64,000 nucleotides of DNA from a bacterium (GCA_030697645.1 JAUYPI010000003.1:318-64317), one strand, 5' to 3'; numbered from the stretch's first letter, positions 48,059 through 58,616 are shown. Translations and numbers: made by a program. Notes: generated by a model not told the origin, from the letters alone.

Positions 48059-48102
48059 GTACCTAGTGTATTTTCCACAGGTACTATTCGTCAAGCGCGA
48101 TT

Positions 48103-49266
48103 ATGGTTGACAAACAAATTAAAAAACTTGTCAAGTTAGAAGCGGCACGCCAGATAGGCGTGATTAATCTTATCGCATCAGAGAATTATATCTCAGACGG
48201 TGTTCTCACAGCGCTTGCCTCGCCCTTTATCAATAAGTATGCCGAGGGGTACCCGGGCGCGCGATATTATCAGGGTAATAGTGTGGTAGACGAGGTTGAG
48301 TGGCTCTGCATAGAGAGGGCGCTCAAACTTTATAAACTGTCGCCCCAAAAATGGCACGTCAATGTGCAGTCGCTCTCCGGTGCACCTGCAAATTTTGCAC
48401 TCTATTATGCGCTTGTGCCTCTTGGCGAGAAAATCATGGGTCTCGCGCTCGACAGCGGCGGGCATCTCTCCCACGGGCACAAAGTCTCGCTCACCGGAAA
48501 GCTTTGGAGCCAAGTGCCCTACGGCGTGAGCCGGATAGACGAGCGGCTCGACTACGATGAGATCCGCGCCATTGCGCTCCGCGAGCGGCCGAAGATGATT
48601 GTCACGGGCTACACCGCCTACTCGCGCATTATTGATTTTAAGAAATTCCGCGCCATCGCGGACGAGTGCGGCGCTCTGCTTCACGTCGACATGTCACACT
48701 TTGCCGGGCTTGTCGCCGGTGGGGTATACCCATCGCCGTTTCGCTACGCCGACACCGTGATGACGACGACGCATAAGACACTCCGCGGCCCGCGCTCGGC
48801 GATAATCTTCGTGCGCGAGGAGCATGCGAAAAAGCTCGACAAAACGATTTTTCCCGGCATGTACGGCGGCCCGCACATGAATCAAATCGCCGCGGTTGCC
48901 GTTTGCCTTTTTGAAGCCACGCAACCCAGCTTCAAGCGCTATGCTGCCCAAGTCGTCAAAAACTCCAAGGTTTTGGCGCGGAGTCTCCAGTCACTCGGTT
49001 GGCGTATCATCTCCGGCGGCACAGATACGCATCTTTTCCTCGTTGATACGTGGATGGAGGGGAAGGGCATTGGCGGCAAGGAGGCTGCGGAGAGGCTTGA
49101 GGCGGCGGAAATTATTGTTAATAAAAACGCGATTCCCTTCGACACCCGTCCGCCAACCGACCCATCCGGCATTCGCCTCGGGACCGCGGCCGAGACAACG
49201 CGTGGAAAGAAAAAGGAGGATATGATAGAAATTGCAGAGAGGATTGATAGTTGTTTGAAATCGTAG
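48103..49266 (+). CDS. glyA: Serine hydroxymethyltransferase
   Basis: LIASEN, NKYAEGYPG.RYY, GGHLSHG, TTTHKTLRGPR, SGIRLGT. Confidence 0.97.
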   Translation: MVDKQIKKLVKLEAARQIGVINLIASENYISDGVLTALASPFINKYAEGYPGARYYQGNSVVDEVEWLCIERALKLYKLSPQKWHVNVQSLSGAPANFALYYALVPLGEKIMGLALDSGGHLSHGHKVSLTGKLWSQVPYGVSRIDERLDYDEIRAIALRERPKMIVTGYTAYSRIIDFKKFRAIADECGALLHVDMSHFAGLVAGGVYPSPFRYADTVMTTTHKTLRGPRSAIIFVREEHAKKLDKTIFPGMYGGPHMNQIAAVAVCLFEATQPSFKRYAAQVVKNSKVLARSLQSLGWRIISGGTDTHLFLVDTWMEGKGIGGKEAAERLEAAEIIVNKNAIPFDTRPPTDPSGIRLGTAAETTRGKKKEDMIEIAERIDSCLKS

Positions 49267-49334
49267 GGCAGCATAAATAGAGTTTCTCTGCATTTTTTTG
49301 TTTGGGGGCGAACACGTCAAGAAAGGGGGATGAG

Positions 49335-49697
49335 GTGAAGCACTTCGCGTTATTCGTAATCAAACCACCGCGTAACGGGAAGGAATATGTGCGGCTTATG
49401 TATGTCGAGAAACCTTCCGAGGCTCTTCTCATTTCGGGGGAACGATTGCTCGCGTATGTTGTTATTGATAGACAATTCAGCGCGGGAGAAAAAAAGATTT
49501 TAAAAAAAGTCGTGGAAGTAGGGCAGCCCGTTTCAGACCTCCTGACACGAGTGTATCATGAGCCGCAATTCTGCGAAGTCTATGAACTGTTGTCCGAAAT
49601 TGATGCTGCCACAGCTCCGCTGGCGAAGAGAAGTGATACAAATTTCCACTTACTCCTGCAGGTGTGGGAGTTAAGCGGATACACAAGGAGCACATGA
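49335..49697 (+). CDS. Hypothetical protein
   Basis: GTG start with purine-rich SD; downstream hairpin at 49746..49770. Confidence 0.55.
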   Translation: MKHFALFVIKPPRNGKEYVRLMYVEKPSEALLISGERLLAYVVIDRQFSAGEKKILKKVVEVGQPVSDLLTRVYHEPQFCEVYELLSEIDAATAPLAKRSDTNFHLLLQVWELSGYTRST

Positions 49698-49890
49698 AGA
49701 AAAGGTGCGGAATGTTTTCTGCTTTGAATACCTGAACAAATCATAGAGCCCTGCCGTTACGGCAGGGCTTTCTGCTATTCGCTATCACGGTGAGTTTTCA
49801 GCAGCGTCTTGTTTCAAGCGTCGCAACTCTCCTCAGAAACGTGGACGTTGCACTCCCCGTAGGTAAGGTCTGCGGGGAGTGTTTGGCTCG

Positions 49891-50556
49891 CTATGTATTG
49901 GCGGAGGCTGCATCTGCATGGATGCGCGGTGCGAGGAACAAGTCGCTGTATGCTCTGTCGGGTGCGACGAGTCGTCTCTTGTAATAATCTGGGCGGTGTA
50001 CCGCTCTGATACGCACGCCGTACTCGACGACGCCTCTGCCGACTGCAGTTACAAAAACAACGTCGAGCGTGCCCGTATCAGAGAGGCGATCGAGACCCAG
50101 ACGATTTTGCCCTATGGTCACGTCAATAATTCGATCGAAGTGCGTGTGGCTCATGCTCCTCCCGAAGAAGTACAGGTAGCGTACCTGCTCGACCACGCGC
50201 CACTGGCCCTCTGATTTGAAAAAGGTACACCGCTCTCGTGCGCAGTAGAGGAGGGTATAGAGTATGCGCACGGCGAAAAAGGCGGCCACGACGACGAGTA
50301 CTTTTATGCCCCCGTAAAGTAGCGGAACAGGATACAGGAACCACGGCTTTTTGATAGTGCGCGGCAGGGCAGCAAACGCTTCCCGCGTTGGGACGTCGAG
50401 CGCAGCGTACGTAGCGTTGGCATGCTGCTCGAGTAGAAGCGCGAGGCAAACGGAGACGCCGATCCAGAATAGGCATGACAGATAACGCGACAGAAAACCG
50501 CGGTTGGTACTTTTTATTGCGAGGTACACCAGCGTGTCTTCGGTATGTTCGTTCAC
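49891..50556 (-). CDS. Membrane protein with bacterial PH-like (bPH_2) domain
   Basis: Two TM segments followed by FDRI.DVTI.QN..LDR..DTGTL. Confidence 0.6.
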   Translation of the reverse strand: MNEHTEDTLVYLAIKSTNRGFLSRYLSCLFWIGVSVCLALLLEQHANATYAALDVPTREAFAALPRTIKKPWFLYPVPLLYGGIKVLVVVAAFFAVRILYTLLYCARERCTFFKSEGQWRVVEQVRYLYFFGRSMSHTHFDRIIDVTIGQNRLGLDRLSDTGTLDVVFVTAVGRGVVEYGVRIRAVHRPDYYKRRLVAPDRAYSDLFLAPRIHADAASANT

Positions 50557-50665
50557 GTCATTTCTCCCATACGATGTGTTTTGGTTCCGAACGTACTTTG
50601 TCTGATAGTATTTCAGCACGTATCAGAGAGGAAAAGCAAGCAATTTTTTGTTATAGTTTTAGCAT

Positions 50666-51460
50666 ATGCTCGTGGAGGGTAAAAAAATTGCGGACGACAT
50701 CAGGTGTGAGCTTGCGGAGCGGATTGTCGCGCTCGGGCGGCAATTGATTCTCGCGGTGATTCAGGTCGGCTCGGAGAGGGCGACTGAGAAATTTATCGAG
50801 CGCAAGAAAAAATTTGGCGAAGCCGTGGGCGTTGCGGTTGTCGTGTACCAGTTTCCGTCCGATGTGGCGGAGGATGCGCTCGCGGCTGAGGTGAGAGCGA
50901 TCGGCGAGGATCCTGCCGTCGGCGGCCTTATCGTGCAGCTGCCGCTGCCGATTGAGATCAACGGGGGCGCGGTGCTCGAGTGTATTCCGCCGGAGAAGGA
51001 CGTGGATGCACTCTCAAGCACTTCGCGCGTACTCGCGCCGGTTGCAGGCGCGGTTGCGGAAATTTTTACGCGCTACAGTATTGACCCACGCGGGAAGAAA
51101 GCAGTCGTCGTCGGAGAGGGGCGGCTCGTGGGGAAGCCGGTCGCCGATTGGCTGCGAAGAGCGGGTGCGCTCGTCGAGACGGTTTCGCTCGAGATGACGA
51201 GAGAGATGCGCTCCTCTACCCAGCGCGCAGATATTATTGTCTCTGGTGCCGGTGTGCCGCGGCTCATTACGCCGGAGTTCATCAAGGATGACGTCGTGCT
51301 CATCGACGCCGGCACTTCGGAGAGCGACGGCGTGCTTGTCGGCGACATTGATCCTGCCTGCGCGGAGAAAGCGGCGCTCTATACGAGCGTGCCGGGGGGA
51401 GTGGGGCCGGTGACGGTTGCGAAGCTGTTTGAGAACCTTGTTATATTGGCTGGAGGCTAA
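50666..51460 (+). CDS. folD: Methylenetetrahydrofolate dehydrogenase/cyclohydrolase
   Basis: GLIVQLPLP, EKDVD, LVGKP, IDAG, GD.D, VPGGVGPVTV..L. Confidence 0.95.
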   Translation: MLVEGKKIADDIRCELAERIVALGRQLILAVIQVGSERATEKFIERKKKFGEAVGVAVVVYQFPSDVAEDALAAEVRAIGEDPAVGGLIVQLPLPIEINGGAVLECIPPEKDVDALSSTSRVLAPVAGAVAEIFTRYSIDPRGKKAVVVGEGRLVGKPVADWLRRAGALVETVSLEMTREMRSSTQRADIIVSGAGVPRLITPEFIKDDVVLIDAGTSESDGVLVGDIDPACAEKAALYTSVPGGVGPVTVAKLFENLVILAGG

Positions 51461-51462
51461 TT

Positions 51463-51606
51463 AATTTTCAATTTTTAATTTTTAATTTTCAATCAATTTT
51501 GCAATTTCTCAATTTTCAAACACGACGTCGTCCGTCATTGGTCATTGGACCCTCCAGCTGGCGGATTGAAAATTTATTAAAAATTGAGCATTGAAAATTG
51601 AAAATT
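51463..51606. repeat. Heptamer-periodic hairpin, AATTTTC type, with a small TCCAGCTGGCGGA insertion
   Basis: Same family as 8433..8556; abuts the next start codon. Confidence 0.9.
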
Positions 51607-51607
51607 T

Positions 51608-52255
51608 GTGAATACGGCACTTTTTTTACTTCTGCACTCATTTGCAGATCGCTCTGCGGCACTCGACGCCTTCATTGTGTTCGTGGCCGACTACCTCGCC
51701 TTTATTTTCTTTTTCGCGCTGCTCGCCTACGAGGGTTGGCAGTGGATGAAAGGGAGACGAGCACGGGCGCGAGAGTTGCTCCGTGCTATCGGCATCGCGG
51801 GCTTAGCGTGGATTATTGCCGAAGCGGTGAAATTTTTTGTCGCAAGCCCGCGGCCGTTTTTGGTGATTGAAGGCATTGCGCCGCTCATTCGGCATGGCGG
51901 CTATGACTCGTTCCCGTCAGGGCACGTTACGTTTTTTTTCGCGCTTGGTGTCGCGCTTTTTCTTTCGGCACGTCGTCCATTTTTCGGGAAAACATCGGGT
52001 GTTGAGAGGGAGCCCCGCACTCTGCAACAGAGAGCGGGGCGACGGGAAACGCCGGATGTTGAGGAGAAAAATGGACTCGTAAATCGTCTGCTCGGCACTC
52101 TTTTCATGGTCGCCGCGCTCCTCATGGGCCTTGCCCGCGTCGCGGCAGGCATCCACTGGCCGATCGATGTGCTTGGGGGAATCATCCTCGGCTGCGGTAT
52201 GGCGTTATTAGCGCAGGGCAGTGGGGACTTCAAAACAGAGCACCAGCAGACCTGA
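51608..52255 (+). CDS. PAP2 / undecaprenyl-diphosphatase (BcrC-like) with in-frame palindromic insertion
   Basis: K......RP, SFPSGH, RV.AGIHWP.DV.GG; insert at 51975..52076. Confidence 0.9.
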   Translation: MNTALFLLLHSFADRSAALDAFIVFVADYLAFIFFFALLAYEGWQWMKGRRARARELLRAIGIAGLAWIIAEAVKFFVASPRPFLVIEGIAPLIRHGGYDSFPSGHVTFFFALGVALFLSARRPFFGKTSGVEREPRTLQQRAGRRETPDVEEKNGLVNRLLGTLFMVAALLMGLARVAAGIHWPIDVLGGIILGCGMALLAQGSGDFKTEHQQT

Positions 52256-52388
52256 ATCTGCTGGTGTGATTGTTAAGGCCCCGTCCATAAATAGTTTCCC
52301 TAATTCCGATTGGACAGAATATGCGCCACTTTTCTTTATAGGCGTATGGCTGTTGAGAACTGCGCCAAACCATACTATAGTTGACGTG

Positions 52389-53750
52389 ATGCACAAGCCA
52401 CGATTATGGGCTATCGTGATTCTCCTCACCGGGGTTGCGGCGGGGTATCTTATATTCGCGAGCGAGCGCGCGGGCGGGCGATTTGCCTTTAAGCTCGGGC
52501 TTGATCTTGCGGGCGGCACGCAGCTTGTCTACCGCGCTGACCTCTCGAGCCTCGAGGAGGGTGAGACGCGCGAGGCCATGCAGGCGCTGCGGGACGTCGT
52601 GGAGCGCCGCGTTAACCTTTTCGGCGTCTCGGAGCCCTTGGTCCAGCTCGAGCGATCAAGCGCCTTGGCCCTCGGGGAGCGCGAGGAGCGGCTCATTGTT
52701 GAGCTCCCGGGCGTTACCGACATTGACGAGGCGGTCGCTCTTATCGGCCAGACGCCGCTTCTCGAGTTCAAGCTCCTCTCGCGCGAAGCCTCGCCCGAGG
52801 TAGCAGGTGCCAGCGACGTCGCAGAGAACGGTTCCACCCTCCACCCTCCACCCTCCACCTTCGAGTCCACTGGCCTCACTGGCCGCTTTCTGAAGCGCGC
52901 GCAGCTTCAGTTCACCGGCGGGGGTCAGAGCGAGGCATTTGCCGAGCCGGTGGTCGCGCTTCAGTTCAACTCTGAGGGCGCGGAGCGCTTCGCCGCGATC
53001 ACGCGCGAGCACGTTGGCGAAGTGCTCGCCATTTTTCTCGACGGTAAGCCGATCACGACGCCGGTGATCCGCGACGAGATCACCAGCGGCGAGGCTATTA
53101 TTACCGGCTCATTTACACCCGAGGCCGCGCGTGAGCTCGTGCGCGATCTTAACCTCGGCGCACTGCCGGTGCCGATTGAACTCATCTCAACGCAGAACGT
53201 CGGCGCGACGCTTGGGCGCGAGGCGCTCGACGCTGGCGTCAAGGCCGGGCTCGCGGGTCTTGCCGCGGTTGCCGTTTTCCTTATATTTTGGTATCGCCTC
53301 GAGGGCGCGGTAGCATCCCTTGCGCTCGCGCTCTACGTAATCGCAATGCTCGCGCTCTTCAAGCTGGTACCCGTGACACTCACCGCGGCTGGTATCACGG
53401 GCTTCATCCTCTCGCTCGGTATGGCGGTTGATGCGAACATTCTCATCTTCGAGCGCATTAAGGATGAGCGGCTGGGCGGGGGGGCGCGTACTGATGCGAT
53501 CGCCGCGGGTTTCAAGCGCGCGTGGGATCCGATCCGCGACGCCAACCTCTCGAGCCTCATCACCGCCGCGGTGCTCTTCTGGTTCGGCACCTCCCTCGTC
53601 CAGGGCTTTGCACTCACATTCGGGATCGGCGTCGTAGTCTCGATGTTCACTGCCGTGACGATTTCCCGCACGCTCCTTGTGGCGACCGAGACGGGGCAGC
53701 ACCGTCTCGAAATCAGAAGCACGCATCATCCCGCTGGCAGACGAATTTGA
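52389..53750 (+). CDS. secD: Protein translocase subunit SecD
   Basis: LGLDLAGG, RVN.FGVSEP, VELPG, GALPVP, GMAVDANILIFERIK, GFA.T..IGV. Confidence 0.95.
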   Translation: MHKPRLWAIVILLTGVAAGYLIFASERAGGRFAFKLGLDLAGGTQLVYRADLSSLEEGETREAMQALRDVVERRVNLFGVSEPLVQLERSSALALGEREERLIVELPGVTDIDEAVALIGQTPLLEFKLLSREASPEVAGASDVAENGSTLHPPPSTFESTGLTGRFLKRAQLQFTGGGQSEAFAEPVVALQFNSEGAERFAAITREHVGEVLAIFLDGKPITTPVIRDEITSGEAIITGSFTPEAARELVRDLNLGALPVPIELISTQNVGATLGREALDAGVKAGLAGLAAVAVFLIFWYRLEGAVASLALALYVIAMLALFKLVPVTLTAAGITGFILSLGMAVDANILIFERIKDERLGGGARTDAIAAGFKRAWDPIRDANLSSLITAAVLFWFGTSLVQGFALTFGIGVVVSMFTAVTISRTLLVATETGQHRLEIRSTHHPAGRRI

Positions 53751-53752
53751 GT

Positions 53753-54703
53753 ATGAGAAAAATACTTATCACCCTCTTGTGCTTCACCTGCTTTCTTTCA
53801 TATATATTCCTGACCGCAATAGTTGTAAAAACGTTTTTTCCGGATACCCGTCTGTACAGGGCTATTCAGCACATAGAGAGGACGTGGCATGCACCGGAAG
53901 CCCCGCCTCCGATTATAAATGTCCTAGAAGGAACGATACTTCCCGGGCAGACGGTGCGCCTTGGGGAGGTGAGCATCTCACTTTCAAATAGTGCATCAGA
54001 CGGCATGGCCGGCACCACGACGCAATTTTTATGGACATTCAGAAACGAATCCACTCAAAAACCGTTTTTCCCGGATCGAGCGATGCATAATTTTCTCACA
54101 CACGTCTATGCATGGCACGAAAATTTGGCTGGAGCTGTTGTCCACGCTCATCCCGAGCAGTCGGTTGGCGCCTCGACAGAGGGGCCGATTGAGGAAACCA
54201 TTCACTTCACGCACACTGGAGCATGGACACATGTTATGCAATTTGCCTACCGAGGCACGGTATACAATCTGTATACGCCGGTCATCGTTCCCAAAGGGAG
54301 CATCGCGCAGCAATCAAGGGAGATCGAACCGCCCGATCGTGGCCGTGTGCGAGGCGAAGATTTGAATGACGTACTTCTTACAACAAGTCCTGAAACTATA
54401 AAAAAGAACGTTCCGACACTCCTCACCTTCACGTTCCCGAACATTGCTCAAGCTGATGATATACGACCGGGACTCTCTGGTAGGAATTTTATTGTGGCGC
54501 TTGCCGGCGAGAACCTTTTTTGGAATGAGCATGGCGATGGGAGCGTCGAATACGTATCGGGCCAGTCGCAATTCCATGTCGTCTCACAGGAGCCGACACG
54601 GAACGCGGCTTCATACCTAACCACGTTCCCAAGAGCCGGGAAGTGGCTAGTACGGTTTGAAGACCGAGGAGACCACGATTTTTTTGTTGCGGTGGATGAG
54701 TGA
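53753..54703 (+). CDS. Secreted/membrane-anchored protein, possibly metal-binding (His-rich H..H...HAHP, duplicated beta domain)
   Basis: N-terminal TM; MHNFLTHVY...VHAHP; TFP..GKW. Confidence 0.55.
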   Translation: MRKILITLLCFTCFLSYIFLTAIVVKTFFPDTRLYRAIQHIERTWHAPEAPPPIINVLEGTILPGQTVRLGEVSISLSNSASDGMAGTTTQFLWTFRNESTQKPFFPDRAMHNFLTHVYAWHENLAGAVVHAHPEQSVGASTEGPIEETIHFTHTGAWTHVMQFAYRGTVYNLYTPVIVPKGSIAQQSREIEPPDRGRVRGEDLNDVLLTTSPETIKKNVPTLLTFTFPNIAQADDIRPGLSGRNFIVALAGENLFWNEHGDGSVEYVSGQSQFHVVSQEPTRNAASYLTTFPRAGKWLVRFEDRGDHDFFVAVDE

Positions 54704-54880
54704 AGGCAACGAAGCTTGTTGAATGTCAAACGGTCGAGCACATTTATCCACAGGCCTCTCTTGCAGAAGCAGGCTCGTATTATTTATACTAGAGAAGTGA
54801 ATAAAATTAATGGTCGATGCCACGGGCTCGGGTGCACGGGGCCCGTCTTTTAGAAGTTAGAAGTTGGAGATTGGAATTTT

Positions 54881-55345
54881 ATGATGAACATAAAGAACGG
54901 AAAAAGAGGTTTTACGCTGATCGAGCTCCTTGTCGTGATCGCGATCATCGGCATTCTCTCCGGCGTGGTTCTCGCGAGCCTACAGAGTGCTCGTGAGCGT
55001 GCGCGGAACGCTACGCGTATCAGCGACGTACGCCAGGTGGTTCTTGCACTGGAACTCTATTTTGACGCGAATTCTGGATATCCCATCGCCGCTATGGGCG
55101 ATGATGTGCCGGACATTTTAACGATGCAGGGGTACTTGTCGCAAGAACCAAAGGAACCCGTGGCCGGACGACAGGCATACAGGTATGTTGCCATTACTGG
55201 CAATGCGGGGTATTGTTTCGGTGTTGACTTAGAGGGTACGCCTTCTGTTCCGAAAAACAATGACCCTCAGTGTCTTTCAACTGGAATGGGCGTTGAACCA
55301 AATCGGATAACTATCGCTGCGATTGACTACGCCGTCAGCCCGTAA
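54881..55345 (+). CDS. Type IV pilin / GspG-like prepilin
   Basis: KRG^FTLIELLVVIAIIGIL class III signal; ALELY; C-terminal Cys pair. Confidence 0.93.
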   Translation: MMNIKNGKRGFTLIELLVVIAIIGILSGVVLASLQSARERARNATRISDVRQVVLALELYFDANSGYPIAAMGDDVPDILTMQGYLSQEPKEPVAGRQAYRYVAITGNAGYCFGVDLEGTPSVPKNNDPQCLSTGMGVEPNRITIAAIDYAVSP

Positions 55346-55436
55346 CCCCTTGGCCAGTCTGTCCATCGCGCGCGCTTCTGTCCGAGTAGCGCGCAACTCA
55401 CACACCTCCGCGCGAGCGGCGGTGTGTGTTTATATA

Positions 55437-55613
55437 AGACCTCTTGCATAACCCGCTCCTGCTGCGATTTTTGATTTTTTGCTGCGACTTCGTCAGACTT
55501 CGCAAAATGGTTCTCGCCGTACAACAAGTACGCCGTCGAACCATTTTGCTTGTCTTCCTCGTCTCGCTCAAAAATCAAAAATCTCGCCACGAAACGGGTT
55601 ATGCAAGAGGTCT
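55437..55613. mobile_element. MITE-like element with long terminal inverted repeats
   Basis: AGACCTCTTGCATAACCCG ... CGGGTTATGCAAGAGGTCT with nested internal stems; solo end at 57625..57665. Confidence 0.65.
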
Positions 55614-55712
55614 ATACTATGCGGGGGACATCGGAGTCTCGGATCTCGTAATTCACAGACCGTTTTCAATGTGATGGATTTAATTTTGCGTATTTTGTGC
55701 TATTGTACAAAT

Positions 55713-57626
55713 ATGGACACATTCGCACCGCCGCAAGGGAGAAAACAGGGCAAGCGCCCGGGTGCTGCCCCGGAGAAGCCGCAGGTCATGAACCATCTCG
55801 TGACAGCACTGCTCGTGCTCCTTGCACTGATGACGCTCTACTCGTATGTGAGAGAGCAGAGCACGCGCGCTGAGGAAGTCCCGATCTCGACGCTCGCAGA
55901 TGACGTGCGAGCAGGACGGGTCGCAGGCATCGTGGTCCACGGCGAGGATCTCACGATTAGCTATAAGGATGAGAGCACGCGCCGCGCCAAAAAAGAGCTC
56001 GGTACCGCGCTCTCGGAGACTTTTGGTAACTATGGTGTGACGACGGAGATGCTCGCGGCTGTCGAGATGCGCGTCGAGGAGCCGAGCGGGCTTTTCTTCT
56101 TGGTTTTGAATCTGCTGCCGTTCATGCTGCCGGTGTTTTTCATCGTGTTTTTCCTTTGGTTTCTCTCGCGGCAGGTGCGCGGCGCCGGCATGCAGGCGTT
56201 CTCCTTCGGGCAGTCGCGCGCGCGGCTCATTGACCCGCGCGATAAGAGCCAAAAGGCGGTGACGTTTAAGGACGTGGCTGGCGTGAAGGAAGCGAAAGAG
56301 GAACTGCAGGAAATCGTCGAGTTCTTGAAGCACCCGAAGAAGTTTCTCGACATCGGCGCGCGGATCCCGAAGGGCGTGCTCCTCATGGGCCCGGCCGGCA
56401 CGGGAAAAACGTTGCTTGCGCGCGCAGTCGCGGGTGAGGCGGGCGTGCCGTTCTTCTCGGTCTCCGGTTCAGAATTCGTCGAGCTTTTTGTCGGCGTTGG
56501 CGCAGCGCGCACGCGCGACCTCTTCCGCATGGCGAAGAAAGCGGCGCCGGCGATTATATTTATAGATGAAATTGACGCGGTCGGCCGCGTGCGAGGCGGG
56601 GGGCTTGGCGGCGGCAACGACGAGCGCGAGCAGACGCTGAATCAAATTTTGGTTGAAATGGATGGTTTTGAACCGACGGAGAAGGTGATCGTGCTCGCAG
56701 CCTCAAACATGGCAGGGGTTCTCGACCCGGCGCTTCTGCGGCCAGGCAGGTTTGATCGTAGGATTACGCTCGACATGCCGGATCGGGAGGAGCGCGAGCA
56801 GATACTCCTGATCCACGCAAACCACAAGCCCCTCGGCGAGGATGTCAATATGCGCGTCATTGCCGAGCGCACGCCTGGGCTCTCAGGCGCTGATCTTCAG
56901 AATCTTATGAATGAAGCCGCGATCCTCGCCGCGCGCGAGAATCGTAAGAAGATCACCCAATACGATATCATCCGTTCGATCGAGAAGGTGATGCTTGGCC
57001 CAGAGCGCAAGAGCCACCTGCTCTCGAGGCACGAGAAAGAGATTACTGCCTACCACGAGGCCGGGCATGCGCTTGTGGCGTCGGTTTTGCCGCAGGCGGA
57101 TCCGGTGCACAAGGTCTCGATTGTCTCCCGCGGGCATGCGGGCGGATACACGCTGAAGCTTCCGCTTGAGGAGCGACGGTTGAAGACCCGGCGCGAGTTT
57201 ACCGACGAGCTTGCCGCGATGCTCGGCGGCTACGCCGCTGAGGTGCTTCTCTTCGACGATGTTTCAACCGGGCCATCGAATGATCTTGCGGTTGCCACCG
57301 CGCTCGCGCGCGAAATGGTCGTGCGCTACGGGATGTCAGAGGTAATCGGGCCGCTTGCGCTCGAGGAGCCGCTGGGGCGGATGTCCGCCATGCGGCTCCC
57401 GGGCGAGAAAGATTATTCGGAGGAGGTGGCGGCAAAAGTGGACGCCGAGGTGAATCGCCTCATGAACGAGGCGCGCTCTCGTGCGCACGAGACGCTCGTC
57501 GCGCACCGCGCGGCACTTGAGAGCATCGCGCATCAACTCATCGAGCAAGAATCCATCGAGCGCGATGAATTCGAAAAGCTCCTCATCGTAAACGGCATCG
57601 TGCCGAAGAAGAAGAGCGGAGAGTAG
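55713..57626 (+). CDS. ftsH: ATP-dependent zinc metalloprotease FtsH
   Basis: Two TM helices, [29 protein letters not shown]. Confidence 0.97.
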   Translation: MDTFAPPQGRKQGKRPGAAPEKPQVMNHLVTALLVLLALMTLYSYVREQSTRAEEVPISTLADDVRAGRVAGIVVHGEDLTISYKDESTRRAKKELGTALSETFGNYGVTTEMLAAVEMRVEEPSGLFFLVLNLLPFMLPVFFIVFFLWFLSRQVRGAGMQAFSFGQSRARLIDPRDKSQKAVTFKDVAGVKEAKEELQEIVEFLKHPKKFLDIGARIPKGVLLMGPAGTGKTLLARAVAGEAGVPFFSVSGSEFVELFVGVGAARTRDLFRMAKKAAPAIIFIDEIDAVGRVRGGGLGGGNDEREQTLNQILVEMDGFEPTEKVIVLAASNMAGVLDPALLRPGRFDRRITLDMPDREEREQILLIHANHKPLGEDVNMRVIAERTPGLSGADLQNLMNEAAILAARENRKKITQYDIIRSIEKVMLGPERKSHLLSRHEKEITAYHEAGHALVASVLPQADPVHKVSIVSRGHAGGYTLKLPLEERRLKTRREFTDELAAMLGGYAAEVLLFDDVSTGPSNDLAVATALAREMVVRYGMSEVIGPLALEEPLGRMSAMRLPGEKDYSEEVAAKVDAEVNRLMNEARSRAHETLVAHRAALESIAHQLIEQESIERDEFEKLLIVNGIVPKKKSGE

Positions 57627-57774
57627 ACCTCTTGCATAACCCGTTTCGTGGCGAGATTTTTGATTCAATATTTCGGATTTCAAAAACGATGGGTGTGGAT
57701 AAGTCCCATTGTGCGCGTGAGGCCCCCGCATTACAATAAACTGACGCATTTTATTAGCCATTTTTTTTCTCTTC

Positions 57775-57927
57775 ATGAGGGCATCTGACGATTTCGTGTC
57801 GCGTGAGTCGAGGGTATATCGTTTCAAAATTGGAACTGTGATCGCCTCGTCGCTCTCTGGCTTCATCGCTGGGACACTCGTCGCGAGCACAGTGTGGCTT
57901 CTCGTCATCATCGCGGGGAAGGTGTAG
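57775..57927 (+). CDS. 50-aa single-TM protein (not in the ORF track)
   Basis: MRASDDFVSRESRVYRFKIGTVIASSLSGFIAGTLVASTVWLLVIIAGKV. Confidence 0.55.
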   Translation: MRASDDFVSRESRVYRFKIGTVIASSLSGFIAGTLVASTVWLLVIIAGKV

Positions 57928-58157
57928 GAGGGAGCGCGAATTATGAAATCCGCGACTCCGATGTCGCCGTGCGAAAGCTCCAAGCAAAAATCAAGCTCCA
58001 AGCAAATCTCGATACACAAATTCCAATGCGGAAACACGGACTACGACGTGTTCGTGATTTGAGATCTGAATCATTGGAATTTGTCTTGAAAATCCCCAGC
58101 GGCTCGCGAAGCGAGCCGCTGGTTGCGTTTTTGCGCCCGCGGCGTTATTGTTGAGTC

Positions 58158-58316
58158 ATGTCCCAAGACCATCTTATCAAGATGCAGTGCAGCGCCTGCA
58201 AGCGCGTCACCTACTGGACGCGCAAGAATCGCAAGCGCGTCGAGCGTAAGATTGAGCTCAAAAAATTTTGCAACTGGTGCCGTCAGCACACTGCGCATAA
58301 GGAGGGGAAAAAATAG
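58158..58316 (+). CDS. rpmG: 50S ribosomal protein L33 (zinc type; not in the ORF track)
   Basis: MSQDHLIKMQCSACKRVTYWTRKN....KIELKKFCNWCRQHTAHKEGKK. Confidence 0.95.
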   Translation: MSQDHLIKMQCSACKRVTYWTRKNRKRVERKIELKKFCNWCRQHTAHKEGKK

Positions 58317-58368
58317 CTGCGTCTTGCTGGCGGTGTGTGAGCCTGCAACATGCTGCCACTATCTTGCT

Positions 58369-58439
58369 GGGAGCTTAGTAAAGTGGCATAACAGGTGGCT
58401 CCAAACCACCAGTCGGGGGTTCGATTCCCTCAGCTCCCG
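58369..58439 (+). tRNA. tRNA-Trp (CCA)
   Basis: GGGAGCT/AGCTCCC acceptor stem, GGTGG-CTCCAAA-CCACC anticodon arm, GGTTCGATTCC. Confidence 0.9.
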
Positions 58440-58445
58440 CCCCGT

Positions 58446-58523
58446 TTTAGCTTTTTGCTGTTAGCGTATAGCTTTTAGCATGACGGCGAGGCTTCTAAAA
58501 ACTAACAGCTATAAGCTAAAAGC
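58446..58523. repeat. Heptamer-periodic hairpin, TTAGCTT/AAGCTAA type, between tRNAs
   Basis: Related to 28845..28953. Confidence 0.8.
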
Positions 58524-58540
58524 TTGTATATTTTTGTTGT

Positions 58541-58616
58541 GCCAACGTAGCTCAGTCGGTAGAGCAACTCCATGGTAAGGAGTAGGTCGCCGGTTCGATT
58601 CCGGCCGTTGGCTCCA
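58541..58616 (+). tRNA. tRNA-Thr (GGT)
   Basis: GCCAACG/CGTTGGC acceptor stem, ACTCC-ATGGTAA-GGAGT anticodon arm, CCA end. Confidence 0.95.

Noticed and set aside
53700-54703. secF expected after secD, suggesting a disrupted operon
   Set aside because: SecD appears complete and secF may lie elsewhere; this cannot be judged from the window.
54744-54752. Perfect DnaA boxes (also 17861, 57694) suggesting oriC
   Set aside because: Isolated single boxes with no cluster, no unwinding element and no dnaA nearby.
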